Shown: positions 1 to 9,160 of the stretch, piece by piece
How positions within the stretch are numbered: position 1 is the stretch's first letter
How the letters are laid out: each line of letters starts with the position of its first letter
DNA from: Syntrophomonadaceae bacterium
Lineage (GTDB): Bacteria > Bacillota > Dethiobacteria > DTU022 > UBA8154
NCBI GenBank assembly: GCA_007135125.1
Contig: SLJK01000132.1
Coordinates: forward strand, 1 to 50,609
Length of the DNA stretch: 50,609 nt
Direction: 5' to 3'
Program-made: the position numbers and the translations under genes
The notes under the pieces: model-generated
The model's input: the letters and a program-made list of their open reading frames with translations, nothing else
Databases searched by the model: none
Told to the model about the DNA's origin: nothing

Positions 1-26
1 AACACAATACGTGAGAGCATTTTCAT
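1..26 (-). CDS. 5' end of a gene running off the window (MKMLSRIV...); by synteny possibly the AmaP-like membrane anchor that often follows asp23
   Basis: ATG at 26 preceded by AAGGAAGGGG; identity inferred from position only. Confidence 0.35.
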
Positions 27-57
27 TTTAGAAAATCCCCTTCCTTGGTAAATAAAT

Positions 58-92
58 GAGCTAACCTCCCGGGTACTCAGAGAGGTTAGCTC
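58..92 (-). terminator. Strong hairpin downstream of asp23 (terminator or RNA-stabilising stem)
   Basis: Perfect 11-bp inverted repeat GAGCTAACCTC / GAGGTTAGCTC; only a weak U-tract (ATTTATT) follows. Confidence 0.55.
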
Positions 93-101
93 AACGAAAT
101 C

Positions 102-509
102 TTACTTAACTCCTTCTTCCTTTTCTTCTTCTTCTTCAACTATTGGCTGTGGAAAATTAACACCTTGAACATGGATATTTACTTTAACAACTTTTAATCC
201 GGTCATATTTTCAATTGCATCTTTCACTTTTTCCTGGACCTTCCAGGAAACATCAGGAATACGTGAACCATAAGTCACTATTAGATATAAGTCAACTGCG
301 GCTTCTTCTTCACCAACTTCTACTTTAACACCTTTCGATAGGTTTTTGCGTCCCAGAGTTTCTGCAATTCCACCGACAATTCCACCACTCATGCTGGCAA
401 CACCATCCACATCCGTAGCAGCTAAACCAGCAATAATAGATACTACTTCATCAGCGATACGAATCGAACCTAATTCAGATGGTAGTGTGCGTCCTTCATC
501 CATCTTCAA
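102..509 (-). CDS. Asp23/Gls24 family envelope stress protein (YqhY-like)
   Basis: LGSIRIADEVVSIIAGLAA ... KGVKVEVGEEEAAVDLYLIVTYG ... VENMTGL-type pattern; SD AAGGAG upstream. Confidence 0.93.
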   Translation of the reverse strand: MKMDEGRTLPSELGSIRIADEVVSIIAGLAATDVDGVASMSGGIVGGIAETLGRKNLSKGVKVEVGEEEAAVDLYLIVTYGSRIPDVSWKVQEKVKDAIENMTGLKVVKVNIHVQGVNFPQPIVEEEEEKEEGVK

Positions 510-547
510 TTCACTCCTTTTTTGATTCGAAAAATACTTATGTGCAC

Positions 548-576
548 ATTATAACATATACTACAACTATTTTCAA
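548..576 (-). promoter_or_regulatory. sigma-A promoter of asp23
   Basis: TTGAAA-N17-TATAAT with TG extended -10 on the minus strand. Confidence 0.75.
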
Positions 577-618
577 ATTTTGAAGAAGGAGGCACAGGGT
601 AAAGGTTCAGTAGTTTGT

Positions 619-1131
619 TTAGCTTTCTTCTTCCTCTTCCTCTTCTTCACCCTCGTTTTCTAACTCGTCCAACTCTTCTTCCCAATCTTCATCGTTAATA
701 AACACTACCCGTCCGCAGCTAGGGCAGAGCACTTCCAAGCTTCCTTCTTCTTCCAGGATGTCTTCGTCAATAGCAACTTCCTCACGGCATTCCGGGCATT
801 CTACGGAGAAACTTACATCAAAATCGTCATCATCCATGTCTTCTAGCAGCTGAACTTCCCGGTTTCCGTAGCCCTGTTCATCGTTTTCATCATAATCGGC
901 TTCAAGCTCGTCTAAAAAAGTATCCTCCAATTCTGTCAGGTCTTCGTCTATGGATTCTACATAGGAATAAAGCTCATTGCTGTCTTCCTGTAATTCTTCA
1001 ATGGTTTGAACTATCTCATCCAAAACAGCGATTATGTGTGTAATGATTTTTCCCTCTTTCGTATCTTCACCGATTGCCAAGCCATCTGCCATACCACGTA
1101 GGTACCCGATCTGAGTTTTTAAGTCGTCCAT
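619..1131 (-). CDS. CD1247-like protein: N-terminal helical domain, very acidic, C-terminal zinc ribbon
   Basis: LKTQIGYLRGMADGL N-terminus; CPEC...CPSC; directly downstream of efp as is common in clostridia. Confidence 0.75.
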   Translation of the reverse strand: MDDLKTQIGYLRGMADGLAIGEDTKEGKIITHIIAVLDEIVQTIEELQEDSNELYSYVESIDEDLTELEDTFLDELEADYDENDEQGYGNREVQLLEDMDDDDFDVSFSVECPECREEVAIDEDILEEEGSLEVLCPSCGRVVFINDEDWEEELDELENEGEEEEEEEES

Positions 1132-1202
1132 TTTGAAACCCCCTTCATTTTTTGAAAAAAACTATATCCTTCGCAAAATTCACGTAGATATTTATGGGTG
1201 CT

Positions 1203-1760
1203 CTATTTTCGTTCCAGGTATGCACCGCTGCGGGTATCAATTCTTAGAATATCCCCTTCATTAATAAAAAAGGGGACCTGCACAACATGTCCTGTTTCCA
1301 GTTTGGCCGGTTTACTCCCTCCGGCTGCAGTATCTCCCTTATAACCAGGGTCGGTTTCCACTACCTCCAGTTCTACGGAATGTGGCAGTTCAATTCCAAT
1401 AACTTCTTCCTTGAATAGCAGCAACGTAATGTGTAAATTTTCCTTTAAGTATTTCAGATTATCTCCAAGCTGTTCTTTATATAATGAAAACTGTTCATAG
1501 CTTTCCGTATCCATAAAAATATATTCATCACCACTGCTGTAGAGGTATTCCATTTCTTTTCGTTCGATAATAGCTTTGGAGATCTTCTCGCCTGCTCTGA
1601 AGGTTTTTTCCGTAGTAGATCCGCTGCGTACATTTCTTAAGCGGGAACGTACAAAAGCTGCTCCCTTGCCTGGCTTAACATGCTGAAATTCTAAAACAGT
1701 ATATACTTCGCCATCCAACTCAATGGTCAGGCCGGTTTGAAAATCATTGGTCGAAATCAT
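1203..1760 (-). CDS. efp: Elongation factor P
   Basis: MISTNDF start (185 aa) with GGGGAG SD; [12 protein letters not shown] motif. ORF-track start 1814 is too far upstream. Confidence 0.98.
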   Translation of the reverse strand: MISTNDFQTGLTIELDGEVYTVLEFQHVKPGKGAAFVRSRLRNVRSGSTTEKTFRAGEKISKAIIERKEMEYLYSSGDEYIFMDTESYEQFSLYKEQLGDNLKYLKENLHITLLLFKEEVIGIELPHSVELEVVETDPGYKGDTAAGGSKPAKLETGHVVQVPFFINEGDILRIDTRSGAYLERK

Positions 1761-1814
1761 ACAGCCTTTCACTCCCCACGCTAAGAGAATCAACAAAAAC
1801 CTAAAATCACACAA

Positions 1815-2912
1815 TTAAATGCTCAGTGCTTTGGAGCTTTTGGTAAGCACCTGCAGACCTTCGTCTTTTAACACAACAAGGTCTTCCAGACGGACACCCC
1901 CCCAACCTTCAATATATATCCCCGGTTCAAGGGTAAAGACCATGGAATTCTGAAGGGTTCCTTTTCCTTTTGGTGAAAGTGTAGGGAGTTCATGAACATT
2001 TATCCCCACTCCGTGTCCCAGACCGTGACCGAAATACTGTTCGTAGCCATTTTCTTGAAAAAAACTCCGCACCAGCTCGTCAGCAGCAGTACAGTCCATT
2101 CCCGCCTTGATATTTTCCATTGCCAGGCGTTGGCCTTCCAGCACAAGGGAAAAGATCTTCTCTTGCTCGGTGTTAGGATTGCCCATCACAAAGGTTCTGG
2201 TAATGTCTGAACTGTATCCCCTATAAACAGCGCCAAAATCTACCGTAACCAGCTCATTCTCTTTTATCAATTTGGAGGTCGCCACACCATGAGGTAAGGC
2301 AGAACGAAAACCGGATGCAACTATTATTTCGAATGGAGTTTGACTGGAACCTTTACGGCGTAAGCGGTACTCCAATTCTGCTGCTACTTCCAGTTCAGCA
2401 ATACCCGGCTGCAGTAGGGGAAGAACTTCTGCCCAAGCACTATCTGCTATAGCCGCAGCTTTAGCAATATATTCTAACTCTTCGTTATCCTTAAGAGCCC
2501 TGATTTCCTCTATCCAATTATATATAGGAATGAGCTCCAACCTACTGGCTGCCTTATGTAAATGGTTATATTCTCGAACGGTAACATAAGCTTCCTCAAA
2601 GGCTAGTTCAAAAATACCCTCTTTGGAAAGGTGAGATAGAATTTGTGAAAAGCTTGAGTTGCCTTCAGCTTTTACTACCTCAAAGTTGTTTGCTTGTTTT
2701 TGGGCCTGCTGCAAATAACGAAAATCAGTAAAAAGCAGAGCATCTTTCTCGGTAATGAGAAGATAGCCACTGCTCCCGCTAAAACCACTGAGAAAAAATA
2801 CATTGGAACGCCCGGTAATAAGCAGTGCTTTTAAGTGATGGGCAGACATTCTTCGCCGCAGCTTGTGTATTCTTTTTTGTACCACTACCACCCCCATTAA
2901 ACCAAACTTCAT
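1815..2912 (-). CDS. Xaa-Pro aminopeptidase/dipeptidase, M24B family (YqhT-like)
   Basis: TDFRY, ALPHG, DFGA...SDITRT, HGLGHGVG, EPGIY, GVRLED motifs; true start may be GTG at 2885. Confidence 0.95.
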   Translation of the reverse strand: MKFGLMGVVVVQKRIHKLRRRMSAHHLKALLITGRSNVFFLSGFSGSSGYLLITEKDALLFTDFRYLQQAQKQANNFEVVKAEGNSSFSQILSHLSKEGIFELAFEEAYVTVREYNHLHKAASRLELIPIYNWIEEIRALKDNEELEYIAKAAAIADSAWAEVLPLLQPGIAELEVAAELEYRLRRKGSSQTPFEIIVASGFRSALPHGVATSKLIKENELVTVDFGAVYRGYSSDITRTFVMGNPNTEQEKIFSLVLEGQRLAMENIKAGMDCTAADELVRSFFQENGYEQYFGHGLGHGVGINVHELPTLSPKGKGTLQNSMVFTLEPGIYIEGWGGVRLEDLVVLKDEGLQVLTKSSKALSI

Positions 2913-2945
2913 TATACAAATATAAACTTTTCTTTATCTGTTAAG

Positions 2946-2972
2946 ATTCAACTTTTCAAGGTAAAATCCTGC
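2946..2972 (-). promoter_or_regulatory. sigma-H-like promoter upstream of pepP-efp
   Basis: GCAGGA(TTT)-N17-GAAT, matching the B. subtilis sigma-H consensus. Confidence 0.55.
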
Positions 2973-3029
2973 CGGGGAAAATGAAAAAGCTAGTTTAGAA
3001 GGCAAGGATATAAAAAGGAAGTAGCGCAA

Positions 3030-3515
3030 TCAATAAGAGGGAGGCGTTTTTGAAACCCTAACCCTACCTGTAACCGGGGTTACTATAACATATCTTTTTG
3101 AGCCGCTTTTGGTTTGCAAGGTAACGGTTCCGCCTCCTCCCGGCGCCCCCAGGTAATTAAATTTAAGAAAAGGATCGGTAGGAAAAGAAGTTTGCCCTTC
3201 GTAGTTTACTCCTTCGGGAAGATATACCATGCGGTTCACATTTGGCAGGCGCAGTTGATAGGAATCGTGGGAACCTAAAAAATAAACCTCAGTGCATTCG
3301 CCGTGCACGATTGCTTCTTGCTGTACCAGGCGGATGTCTGCTGCCATGGCGCGTGCTGCTCCCTCCAGTTCCCAGTGGGTAATATAAATAAGCCGGGGCA
3401 CAGCCAGGGCAGAAAGTATTCCCATAAGGGCCAGGACACAAAGAAGCTCTAGCAAGGTATAACCATTCCTGCTCCCGGGCTTATAAATAAAAAATCTCTC
3501 CACAAGCGACCGCAC
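3030..3515 (-). CDS. Minor pilin, GspH/FimT/ComGD-like
   Basis: Class III signal RNG-YTLLELLCVLALMG; C-terminal GGTVTL...VIVTPVTGRVRV; start may be GTG at 3503. Confidence 0.85.
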   Translation of the reverse strand: MRSLVERFFIYKPGSRNGYTLLELLCVLALMGILSALAVPRLIYITHWELEGAARAMAADIRLVQQEAIVHGECTEVYFLGSHDSYQLRLPNVNRMVYLPEGVNYEGQTSFPTDPFLKFNYLGAPGGGGTVTLQTKSGSKRYVIVTPVTGRVRVSKTPPSY

Positions 3516-3584
3516 CCCCCTTAGATTTTGCCGGTGATATCAATATCAAACCTGACAACCCGACAAATAGCAAAAGAACTCTTC

Positions 3585-3610
3585 TTAAGTGCGTTGGTTA
3601 AGTGCGTTGG
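3585..3610. repeat. Perfect 13-bp tandem duplication spanning the pilM stop codon
   Basis: TTAAGTGCGTTGG at 3585-3597 and 3598-3610. Confidence 0.9.
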
Positions 3611-4665
3611 CCGCGCAGAGAAGCTCCTGCTGCCACTAAAGCCAGGAGTGACCTATCCTCTTGAAAAGGAGAATGTTTAACATTTACTAGTTTGTAAAGG
3701 AAGGCCAAACCCTCCCTGGGCAGGAGCTGCGTCTGCAAACCGCCGCAAAAATAATTGGAAAGCCCTCGGATATATGCCCCCTGGCCTGTTACCAACAAAT
3801 AACGGAGAACTTTGTCTTTGTTTTTCATATGGTAAGTGAAATGTTCTATGGATCGCTCTATTTCGTTCAGCATTATCTTCGCTGAAGCCATGTCAAAGTC
3901 ACTCACTTCCTTCAAGGCGCGATCAGACTTGCCTCCAAAACGATCGACTTGAACTGTTTTGTTTTTTTGCATCCCTTTAATCTTCCCTGTCCCCGTTCCC
4001 AATGTCCTGGCGAAGAGAATTCTTCCTGTGTTGGCAATAAGCAGGAAGCTTTCCTCTTTGCCCATATCCAATATAACGACACACTCATTCTCGTCTTGCG
4101 CTACCCTCTCCCCCATTGCAAAAGGCAGAAGGCGGAAAAGGGGCTGTTGTCTTATTTCCATCGCTACCGGCTCAAAACCGGCTTCACACAAAAGCTCAAA
4201 GTGATCCTTTACCATCGGTTTAGAGACTGCGGCCGCAAGAACCTCGAGAGAAGGTCGCCCTTCTTCATTGGTTTCTCTAACAGTAATATAATCGATTACG
4301 GGATCCTTCTGCAGGTCTCCCACCAGATACCTATCCATCTCCCAGTAGACAGCTTCCTTTAGCTCCTCCGCATGCATCACCGGCAAAGTTAAAGAACGCA
4401 AGTAAACCTGGCCGGAATTAAGGGTGAAAACCACTTCCCGGCCCTTGTAGCCCTTTTTCCTTATTTTTTGCAACATCTTGAGAACCTCTACCCTGCACCC
4501 ATGGTTCTTGTGGAAAGGAAGCGGATACTCTTGCACTTCCTCCAAAAGGGTGTAACCGGAAAAGAAGAGAGAATCCCCGGCTTTTTTCCACTGCGCTGCA
4601 GCCAGGTAATTATCACCGAAATCAATACCGATAGGGGTGTAGCGTTTGTAGCGTCCAACAAACAT
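3598..4665 (-). CDS. pilM: Type IV pilus assembly protein PilM (actin-like)
   Basis: IGIDFG, LTLPVM..EL.EAVYWE, VILDMG, LLVTGQGA.I.GL, C-terminal AAGASLR; start MFVGR at 4665 with GAGGGA SD. Confidence 0.85.
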   Translation of the reverse strand: MFVGRYKRYTPIGIDFGDNYLAAAQWKKAGDSLFFSGYTLLEEVQEYPLPFHKNHGCRVEVLKMLQKIRKKGYKGREVVFTLNSGQVYLRSLTLPVMHAEELKEAVYWEMDRYLVGDLQKDPVIDYITVRETNEEGRPSLEVLAAAVSKPMVKDHFELLCEAGFEPVAMEIRQQPLFRLLPFAMGERVAQDENECVVILDMGKEESFLLIANTGRILFARTLGTGTGKIKGMQKNKTVQVDRFGGKSDRALKEVSDFDMASAKIMLNEIERSIEHFTYHMKNKDKVLRYLLVTGQGAYIRGLSNYFCGGLQTQLLPREGLAFLYKLVNVKHSPFQEDRSLLALVAAGASLRGQRT

Positions 4666-4694
4666 TTTTATCCCTCTACTTTCCCCAGAAACAC

Positions 4695-5750
4695 TCAGGC
4701 AAGGGTCACATCTCGGCAAAGATAAACATCCTGAATGGCGTTCAGAATCTCTACACCTTCCTGCATGGGTTTCTGAAAAGCTTTGCGGCCGGAGATAAGT
4801 CCCATCCCCCCTGCGCGCTTATTTATCACGGCAGTTCTAACGGCCTGTCCGATATCATCTTCCCCCGAACTACCACCTGAATTAATAAGGCCTACCCTAC
4901 CCATAAAACAGTTTGCCACCTGGTAACGGGTCATATCTATGGGATGCTCAGAAGTAAGATCGTCATAGACTTTTTGATGTGTCTTGCCGAATTTAAGTTC
5001 CTGGAATCCTCCCTTACTGGTTTCCGGTTGTTTTTGTTTAACTATATCTGCCTCAATGGTAGCCCCCAGGTAATTGCCCTGGCCCGTTAAGTCGGCAGCA
5101 ACGTGATAATCGGTATCTCCAACTTTAAAAGCGGGGTTGCGCAAATAAGCCCACAGTACAGTGGCCATCCCTAGAGAATGAGCCCTGTAAAAAAGCTCTG
5201 TAACCTCTTGCAGCTGTCTGCTGCTCTCTTCCGAGCCGAAATAGATAGTAGCACCAACGGCAACGGCACCCATTTCAAACGCCTGTTCCACATTAGCATA
5301 AGGAATCTGGTCATACTTGTTGGGGTAAGTCAAAAGCTCATTGTGGTTTACTTTTAAAATAAACGGGATCCTGTGAGCGTATTTTCTGGCCAAAACCCCC
5401 AGCCCACCCAGTGTAGAAGCTACGGCATTGCAGCCCCCTTCCAGGGCAAGCCTCACAATATTCTCCGGGTCAAAGTAGATGGGGTTGGGAGCAAAGGAAC
5501 CACCTGCGGTGTGTTCCACTCCCTGGTCCACGGGGAGAATAGAGAGATAGCCCGTCCCAGCAAGGCGTCCCGTGTTGAATAGCTGCTGCAAGCTCTTCAA
5601 TACCGGTGTCGGCCTGTCAGAAGGAACAAAGATTTTTTCCACATAATCCGGGGACGGTGCCTGCAGCGTTTCTGCAGGGATAGTTCTGCAGCTATGATTT
5701 AATAAATAATCCGCCTCGTCACGCAAATAATTGGCAATTTTGTCAATCAC
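4695..5750 (-). CDS. fbaB: Class I fructose-bisphosphate aldolase (FbaB/DhnA type)
   Basis: [22 protein letters not shown], Schiff-base [17 protein letters not shown]; GTG start at 5750 with GGAGG SD gives 351 aa. Confidence 0.95.
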   Translation of the reverse strand: MIDKIANYLRDEADYLLNHSCRTIPAETLQAPSPDYVEKIFVPSDRPTPVLKSLQQLFNTGRLAGTGYLSILPVDQGVEHTAGGSFAPNPIYFDPENIVRLALEGGCNAVASTLGGLGVLARKYAHRIPFILKVNHNELLTYPNKYDQIPYANVEQAFEMGAVAVGATIYFGSEESSRQLQEVTELFYRAHSLGMATVLWAYLRNPAFKVGDTDYHVAADLTGQGNYLGATIEADIVKQKQPETSKGGFQELKFGKTHQKVYDDLTSEHPIDMTRYQVANCFMGRVGLINSGGSSGEDDIGQAVRTAVINKRAGGMGLISGRKAFQKPMQEGVEILNAIQDVYLCRDVTLA

Positions 5751-5829
5751 GACCTCGCCTCCTCTTAGTAGTTCATCAAGTAAGCTCACCTCAAGCTCCT
5801 AAAAGATATCCCTGCGCCCTGCATAAATA

Positions 5830-5857
5830 ATTCGACGCCTGGGAATACCCTTCCTTT
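5830..5857 (-). promoter_or_regulatory. sigma-H-like promoter upstream of fbaB-pilM
   Basis: AAAGGA-N18-(GTC)GAAT. Confidence 0.45.
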
Positions 5858-5885
5858 TTTAACCGAAAAGAAATGAAACACCTTC

Positions 5886-6746
5886 TTATTCATGCAACGG
5901 GAAAAACCACCGCTCCGAATTTGGTACTTGGGGCGCAACCCGGAAATGTTCCATTTCAGAAGAGGTGGTACTGCTGTTCAGTATAAAAGCACCTGTAAAG
6001 CTGTAAACGCCGGGTTCTGCTAACACATAAAAATTGGCGGTCCTGATAGGTTCTTCCAGGTAGAGCCGGAGAGGTTCTTCTTCTTTTGGCTCCAGAGTAA
6101 GTGCAGCGTTTTCCCCCAGCACCACCTCCCCGCGCATTACAACTATCCCGGCAGAAAGGACCAGGGCGCCAAATTGTTCCAGGGCAGGATCGCCTTCAAA
6201 GTAGAACCCGGGGGAGGCAAATGAGGAACTGCTCTCCTCTGACAGCCAGGCGCCATTTCCCGGTGCCATGGTAAATATTTTCACAGCTTCTGCAGAACTA
6301 TCCTGAAGGCCATCCTTGATTTCGCCGCATTCCTCTTCCACCCAGCCCAATAAAGCCCCATCTAAGGCTTCAGGTGGAGTTCCCGGCACTGCTTGGAATT
6401 CGAGTATAACCTCCCTGCTAATATTATCAGAATATCCAAGTGAGGTTACCCGCACCCACCTGCTTCCTCTTTCGTCGGTATACCCACTCGTTTCCGTTTC
6501 AAAATGCCCTCCTCCCAGCGCCGCACCCATATTCCCCTTTAAAGACAGGTTGTTTTCCAGGAGGACGCCCAGGGTTGCTTCAACCCCTGACTCTGCCAGG
6601 TAGAGAGCCTGGAGGCCCCTTTCCTGGTTAGAAGCAATCATCGATTCCGTAACACTCAGGTTCACCAAAAAAGAACCGAGTAAAAGCAACAAGGAAGATA
6701 AAACAATTACAAAGACGAGCATTACTGCCTCCTCCCCACCTGGCAT
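5886..6746 (-). CDS. PilX-like minor pilin
   Basis: Hydrophobic N-terminal helix, then SNQ...QALYLAESGVEA (PilX N-terminal pattern); the strong SD GGAGGAGG favours ATG at 6722. Confidence 0.7.
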   Translation of the reverse strand: MPGGEEAVMLVFVIVLSSLLLLLGSFLVNLSVTESMIASNQERGLQALYLAESGVEATLGVLLENNLSLKGNMGAALGGGHFETETSGYTDERGSRWVRVTSLGYSDNISREVILEFQAVPGTPPEALDGALLGWVEEECGEIKDGLQDSSAEAVKIFTMAPGNGAWLSEESSSSFASPGFYFEGDPALEQFGALVLSAGIVVMRGEVVLGENAALTLEPKEEEPLRLYLEEPIRTANFYVLAEPGVYSFTGAFILNSSTTSSEMEHFRVAPQVPNSERWFFPLHE

Positions 6747-6753
6747 TCAGTGG

Positions 6754-7275
6754 TTACAAGTTTTTCAAAGAAACCGCTGAGCGGATTTTGAAGCCTTCTT
6801 CTCCATCTTCTCCGATGATTGTAAAGCGGAGAAGCTTTTTCTCCTGATCAAGCTCCATAACAAAGGAGCGAATATTGTAGGCCACTTTGTTTTCGACATT
6901 ATTGACGAAGACAACGAGCTCACTGCCTTTTCTATGCAGTAGATAACTATTATTATCATGGAGCTTGCTGTACTTGACCCTGGTCCCGCCATTAAGCAGT
7001 TGTATATCTTCGGCAAAGTGCAGTTCCCTGGTACAATAATCCGCCCCGACTCGCACGTTTTGCTGCAGGTCTGTTCTTTCAACACCGACCGAAAAAGCCC
7101 GCACCCCGAAAGAATACAGGGGAAAGATAGCCGCCATGGTAAATCCCAAAATGGTACAAACCAGCACTAACTCCAGTAGGGTGAAACCTTTGTTTCTACT
7201 ACGGTAAAAAGGACGTTTAATAATTTCTGGAAACGATGAAAGCAGAAAAGGAATGAGTGCTGCCGGAAGCTTCAC
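6754..7275 (-). CDS. PilW-like minor pilin
   Basis: NKG-FTLLELVLV class III signal; DLQQNVR.....CTREL pattern. Confidence 0.8.
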   Translation of the reverse strand: MKLPAALIPFLLSSFPEIIKRPFYRSRNKGFTLLELVLVCTILGFTMAAIFPLYSFGVRAFSVGVERTDLQQNVRVGADYCTRELHFAEDIQLLNGGTRVKYSKLHDNNSYLLHRKGSELVVFVNNVENKVAYNIRSFVMELDQEKKLLRFTIIGEDGEEGFKIRSAVSLKNL

Positions 7276-7663
7276 AGGATACCATCACCTCTATCTCGAT
7301 ACCTTGGATTTCTTTTCCTTGCATATCCACCGTGCAGCAGGAGATAGAATACCACCGCTTGAAATTTTCGAATCCTTCCACATGCTCCTGCTCTGCAAAA
7401 ACAGTTCCGGGGCAGGAAAAACCTTCCTGTAAGTTTGCAGCTATTTCTATAAGATCATCGTGAGAATGAGACCTGAGTTCCTCAATCTTTTCCTGGGCCA
7501 AGCCTAGCGCCTGGCTCCTGACACCCGACCGGTAAGAACCTGTATAACCACTGCTCAATAAGGCCAGCATGGAAACAATAATAATCCCCAGGACAGCTAT
7601 TGTGACAGCCAACTCGATTAACGTTAAACCCTTTTCATGGAAGATACTGTTCGTAGCCAGCAC
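7217..7663 (-). CDS. PilV-like minor pilin
   Basis: EKG-LTLIELAVTIAVLG; QALGLAQEKIEELR pattern. Confidence 0.8.
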   Translation of the reverse strand: MLATNSIFHEKGLTLIELAVTIAVLGIIIVSMLALLSSGYTGSYRSGVRSQALGLAQEKIEELRSHSHDDLIEIAANLQEGFSCPGTVFAEQEHVEGFENFKRWYSISCCTVDMQGKEIQGIEIEVMVSCEASGSTHSFSAFIVSRNY

Positions 7664-7690
7664 CCCTTTCTTTCAAACTGCTCATGATGA

Positions 7691-8956
7691 CTATATGGTG
7701 CTGAAGACCTGAAACAGTGGCAGCATGATGGAGAGGACTATAGACCCTACAACTAAGGCCATGGAAACAATTAAAAATGGCTCCAGGATGGAGCCCATCT
7801 TCCTCATGGCGTAGTCTACTTCTGTTTCGAAGAAATCGGCGGTTTTACCTATCATTTCCTGTAAGTTGCCGGTCTGTTCGCCGACATGTACCATGCCCAA
7901 AACCAGTGGAGGGAAAAGCCCGCTCTTCGACAGGGCCTGCAGAAGGGTTTGCCCTCTTACAATTCCCATGGCTGCCCCTTCGATGTTTCGGCGAAATACA
8001 CTGTTATCTACTGTTTTACCGCTCAATTCTAAGCTGGAAATTATATTTACTCCGCAGCCCAACATGGTGCTGAGAGTGCGGCAGAAGCGGGCACAAATAA
8101 CTTTGCGATAAACATTTCCCACCACGGGAAGGATGAGCTTGGTACTATCCAGGCAATCTTTCCCCCTCTTTGTGCCTGCCCAAAAACGGTAGCACAGAAA
8201 AGAAGCTGCAGCCAGTACAGCAAGCACCTGCCAATAGGAAGCACAAAAATTCCCCGTTGTAATAAAAATCCTGGTTAAAAGGGGCAGCTCCACTCCCGTG
8301 CTATTGAAAATACCTGTAAAACTAGGCAATACCACGGCCAGTAGAAAAATGGAGACCGCCATAATGATCACCAGGATAAATTTGGGATAAGCAGTTGCTT
8401 CTCGCACCTTTTGCTGCAGATCGTGCTGTTTTTCATAGTGCAGGGCAAGCCTTTCGGCAACCTCCTCCAGGGCTCCACCGCTCTCTCCCGCTTCTATCAT
8501 ATTTACAAAAAAAGGTGGAAAATAACCTTCCTGGGAACCAAAAGAATGAGCAAGGGAATGGCCATTCTCCACCAATCGCGCTGTACCTGCAATTTTCTTT
8601 TGCAGGAGGGTGTTCTCCGCCTCCTTTTCCAGTAAATGCAGCCCCACAAGCAGGGGCATTCCTGCATTGATAATTGACCTAAGGTGAAAAGATAGATTGC
8701 GCAGATCCCTGTTTCCGAGCTTCGCTTTTATAAAAGGAGCTTTTAGGGGAGTATGAAGGACAACTGCCAACTTTTCTCTCCAGGATCCCTTTTTACTCTC
8801 CGCTTCTGGGAGGGCATTCTTTTCCTTAATTTTAATAATTACCAGGTTCTGATCCTGCAATCTTTTTACTGCTTCGCGCAGTTCGTCTGCCTCGATAACC
8901 CCTTCCCTGGTAACCCCTTCCCGGTTCTTGGCCCTATAATCATAAGTGGTCATCAA
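7691..8956 (-). CDS. pilC: Type IV pilus platform protein PilC (GspF family)
   Basis: Two GspF repeats (AGESGGAL..., GEQTGNL...), ATAYPKF, LEPFLIV. Confidence 0.93.
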   Translation of the reverse strand: MMTTYDYRAKNREGVTREGVIEADELREAVKRLQDQNLVIIKIKEKNALPEAESKKGSWREKLAVVLHTPLKAPFIKAKLGNRDLRNLSFHLRSIINAGMPLLVGLHLLEKEAENTLLQKKIAGTARLVENGHSLAHSFGSQEGYFPPFFVNMIEAGESGGALEEVAERLALHYEKQHDLQQKVREATAYPKFILVIIMAVSIFLLAVVLPSFTGIFNSTGVELPLLTRIFITTGNFCASYWQVLAVLAAASFLCYRFWAGTKRGKDCLDSTKLILPVVGNVYRKVICARFCRTLSTMLGCGVNIISSLELSGKTVDNSVFRRNIEGAAMGIVRGQTLLQALSKSGLFPPLVLGMVHVGEQTGNLQEMIGKTADFFETEVDYAMRKMGSILEPFLIVSMALVVGSIVLSIMLPLFQVFSTI

Positions 8957-9030
8957 ATATCTCGACCATTTTCCACAAGGTTAACTTCCAATATTTTCTC
9001 AATTATGTAATTTTTCATTATAAAAATAAG

Positions 9031-9058
9031 CTTCGCCTTGCAGCTTGAAATGTCCTGC
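9031..9058 (-). promoter_or_regulatory. sigma-H-like promoter upstream of pilC
   Basis: GCAGGA-N18-(GGC)GAAG; the -10 has one mismatch to GAAT. Confidence 0.4.
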
Positions 9059-9160
9059 ACAAAATAATATTCTTACTTCAAGAGGAGGAATATATTTTTA
9101 ATGACAAGTTTTAATGACCAGCTAATAGACCTATCTATTTAACCCTTAATCTACAGTATC

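Noticed and set aside
1761-1814. 18-aa hydrophobic N-terminal extension on EF-P in the ORF track
   Set aside because: The SD and the 185-aa canonical length point to ATG 1760
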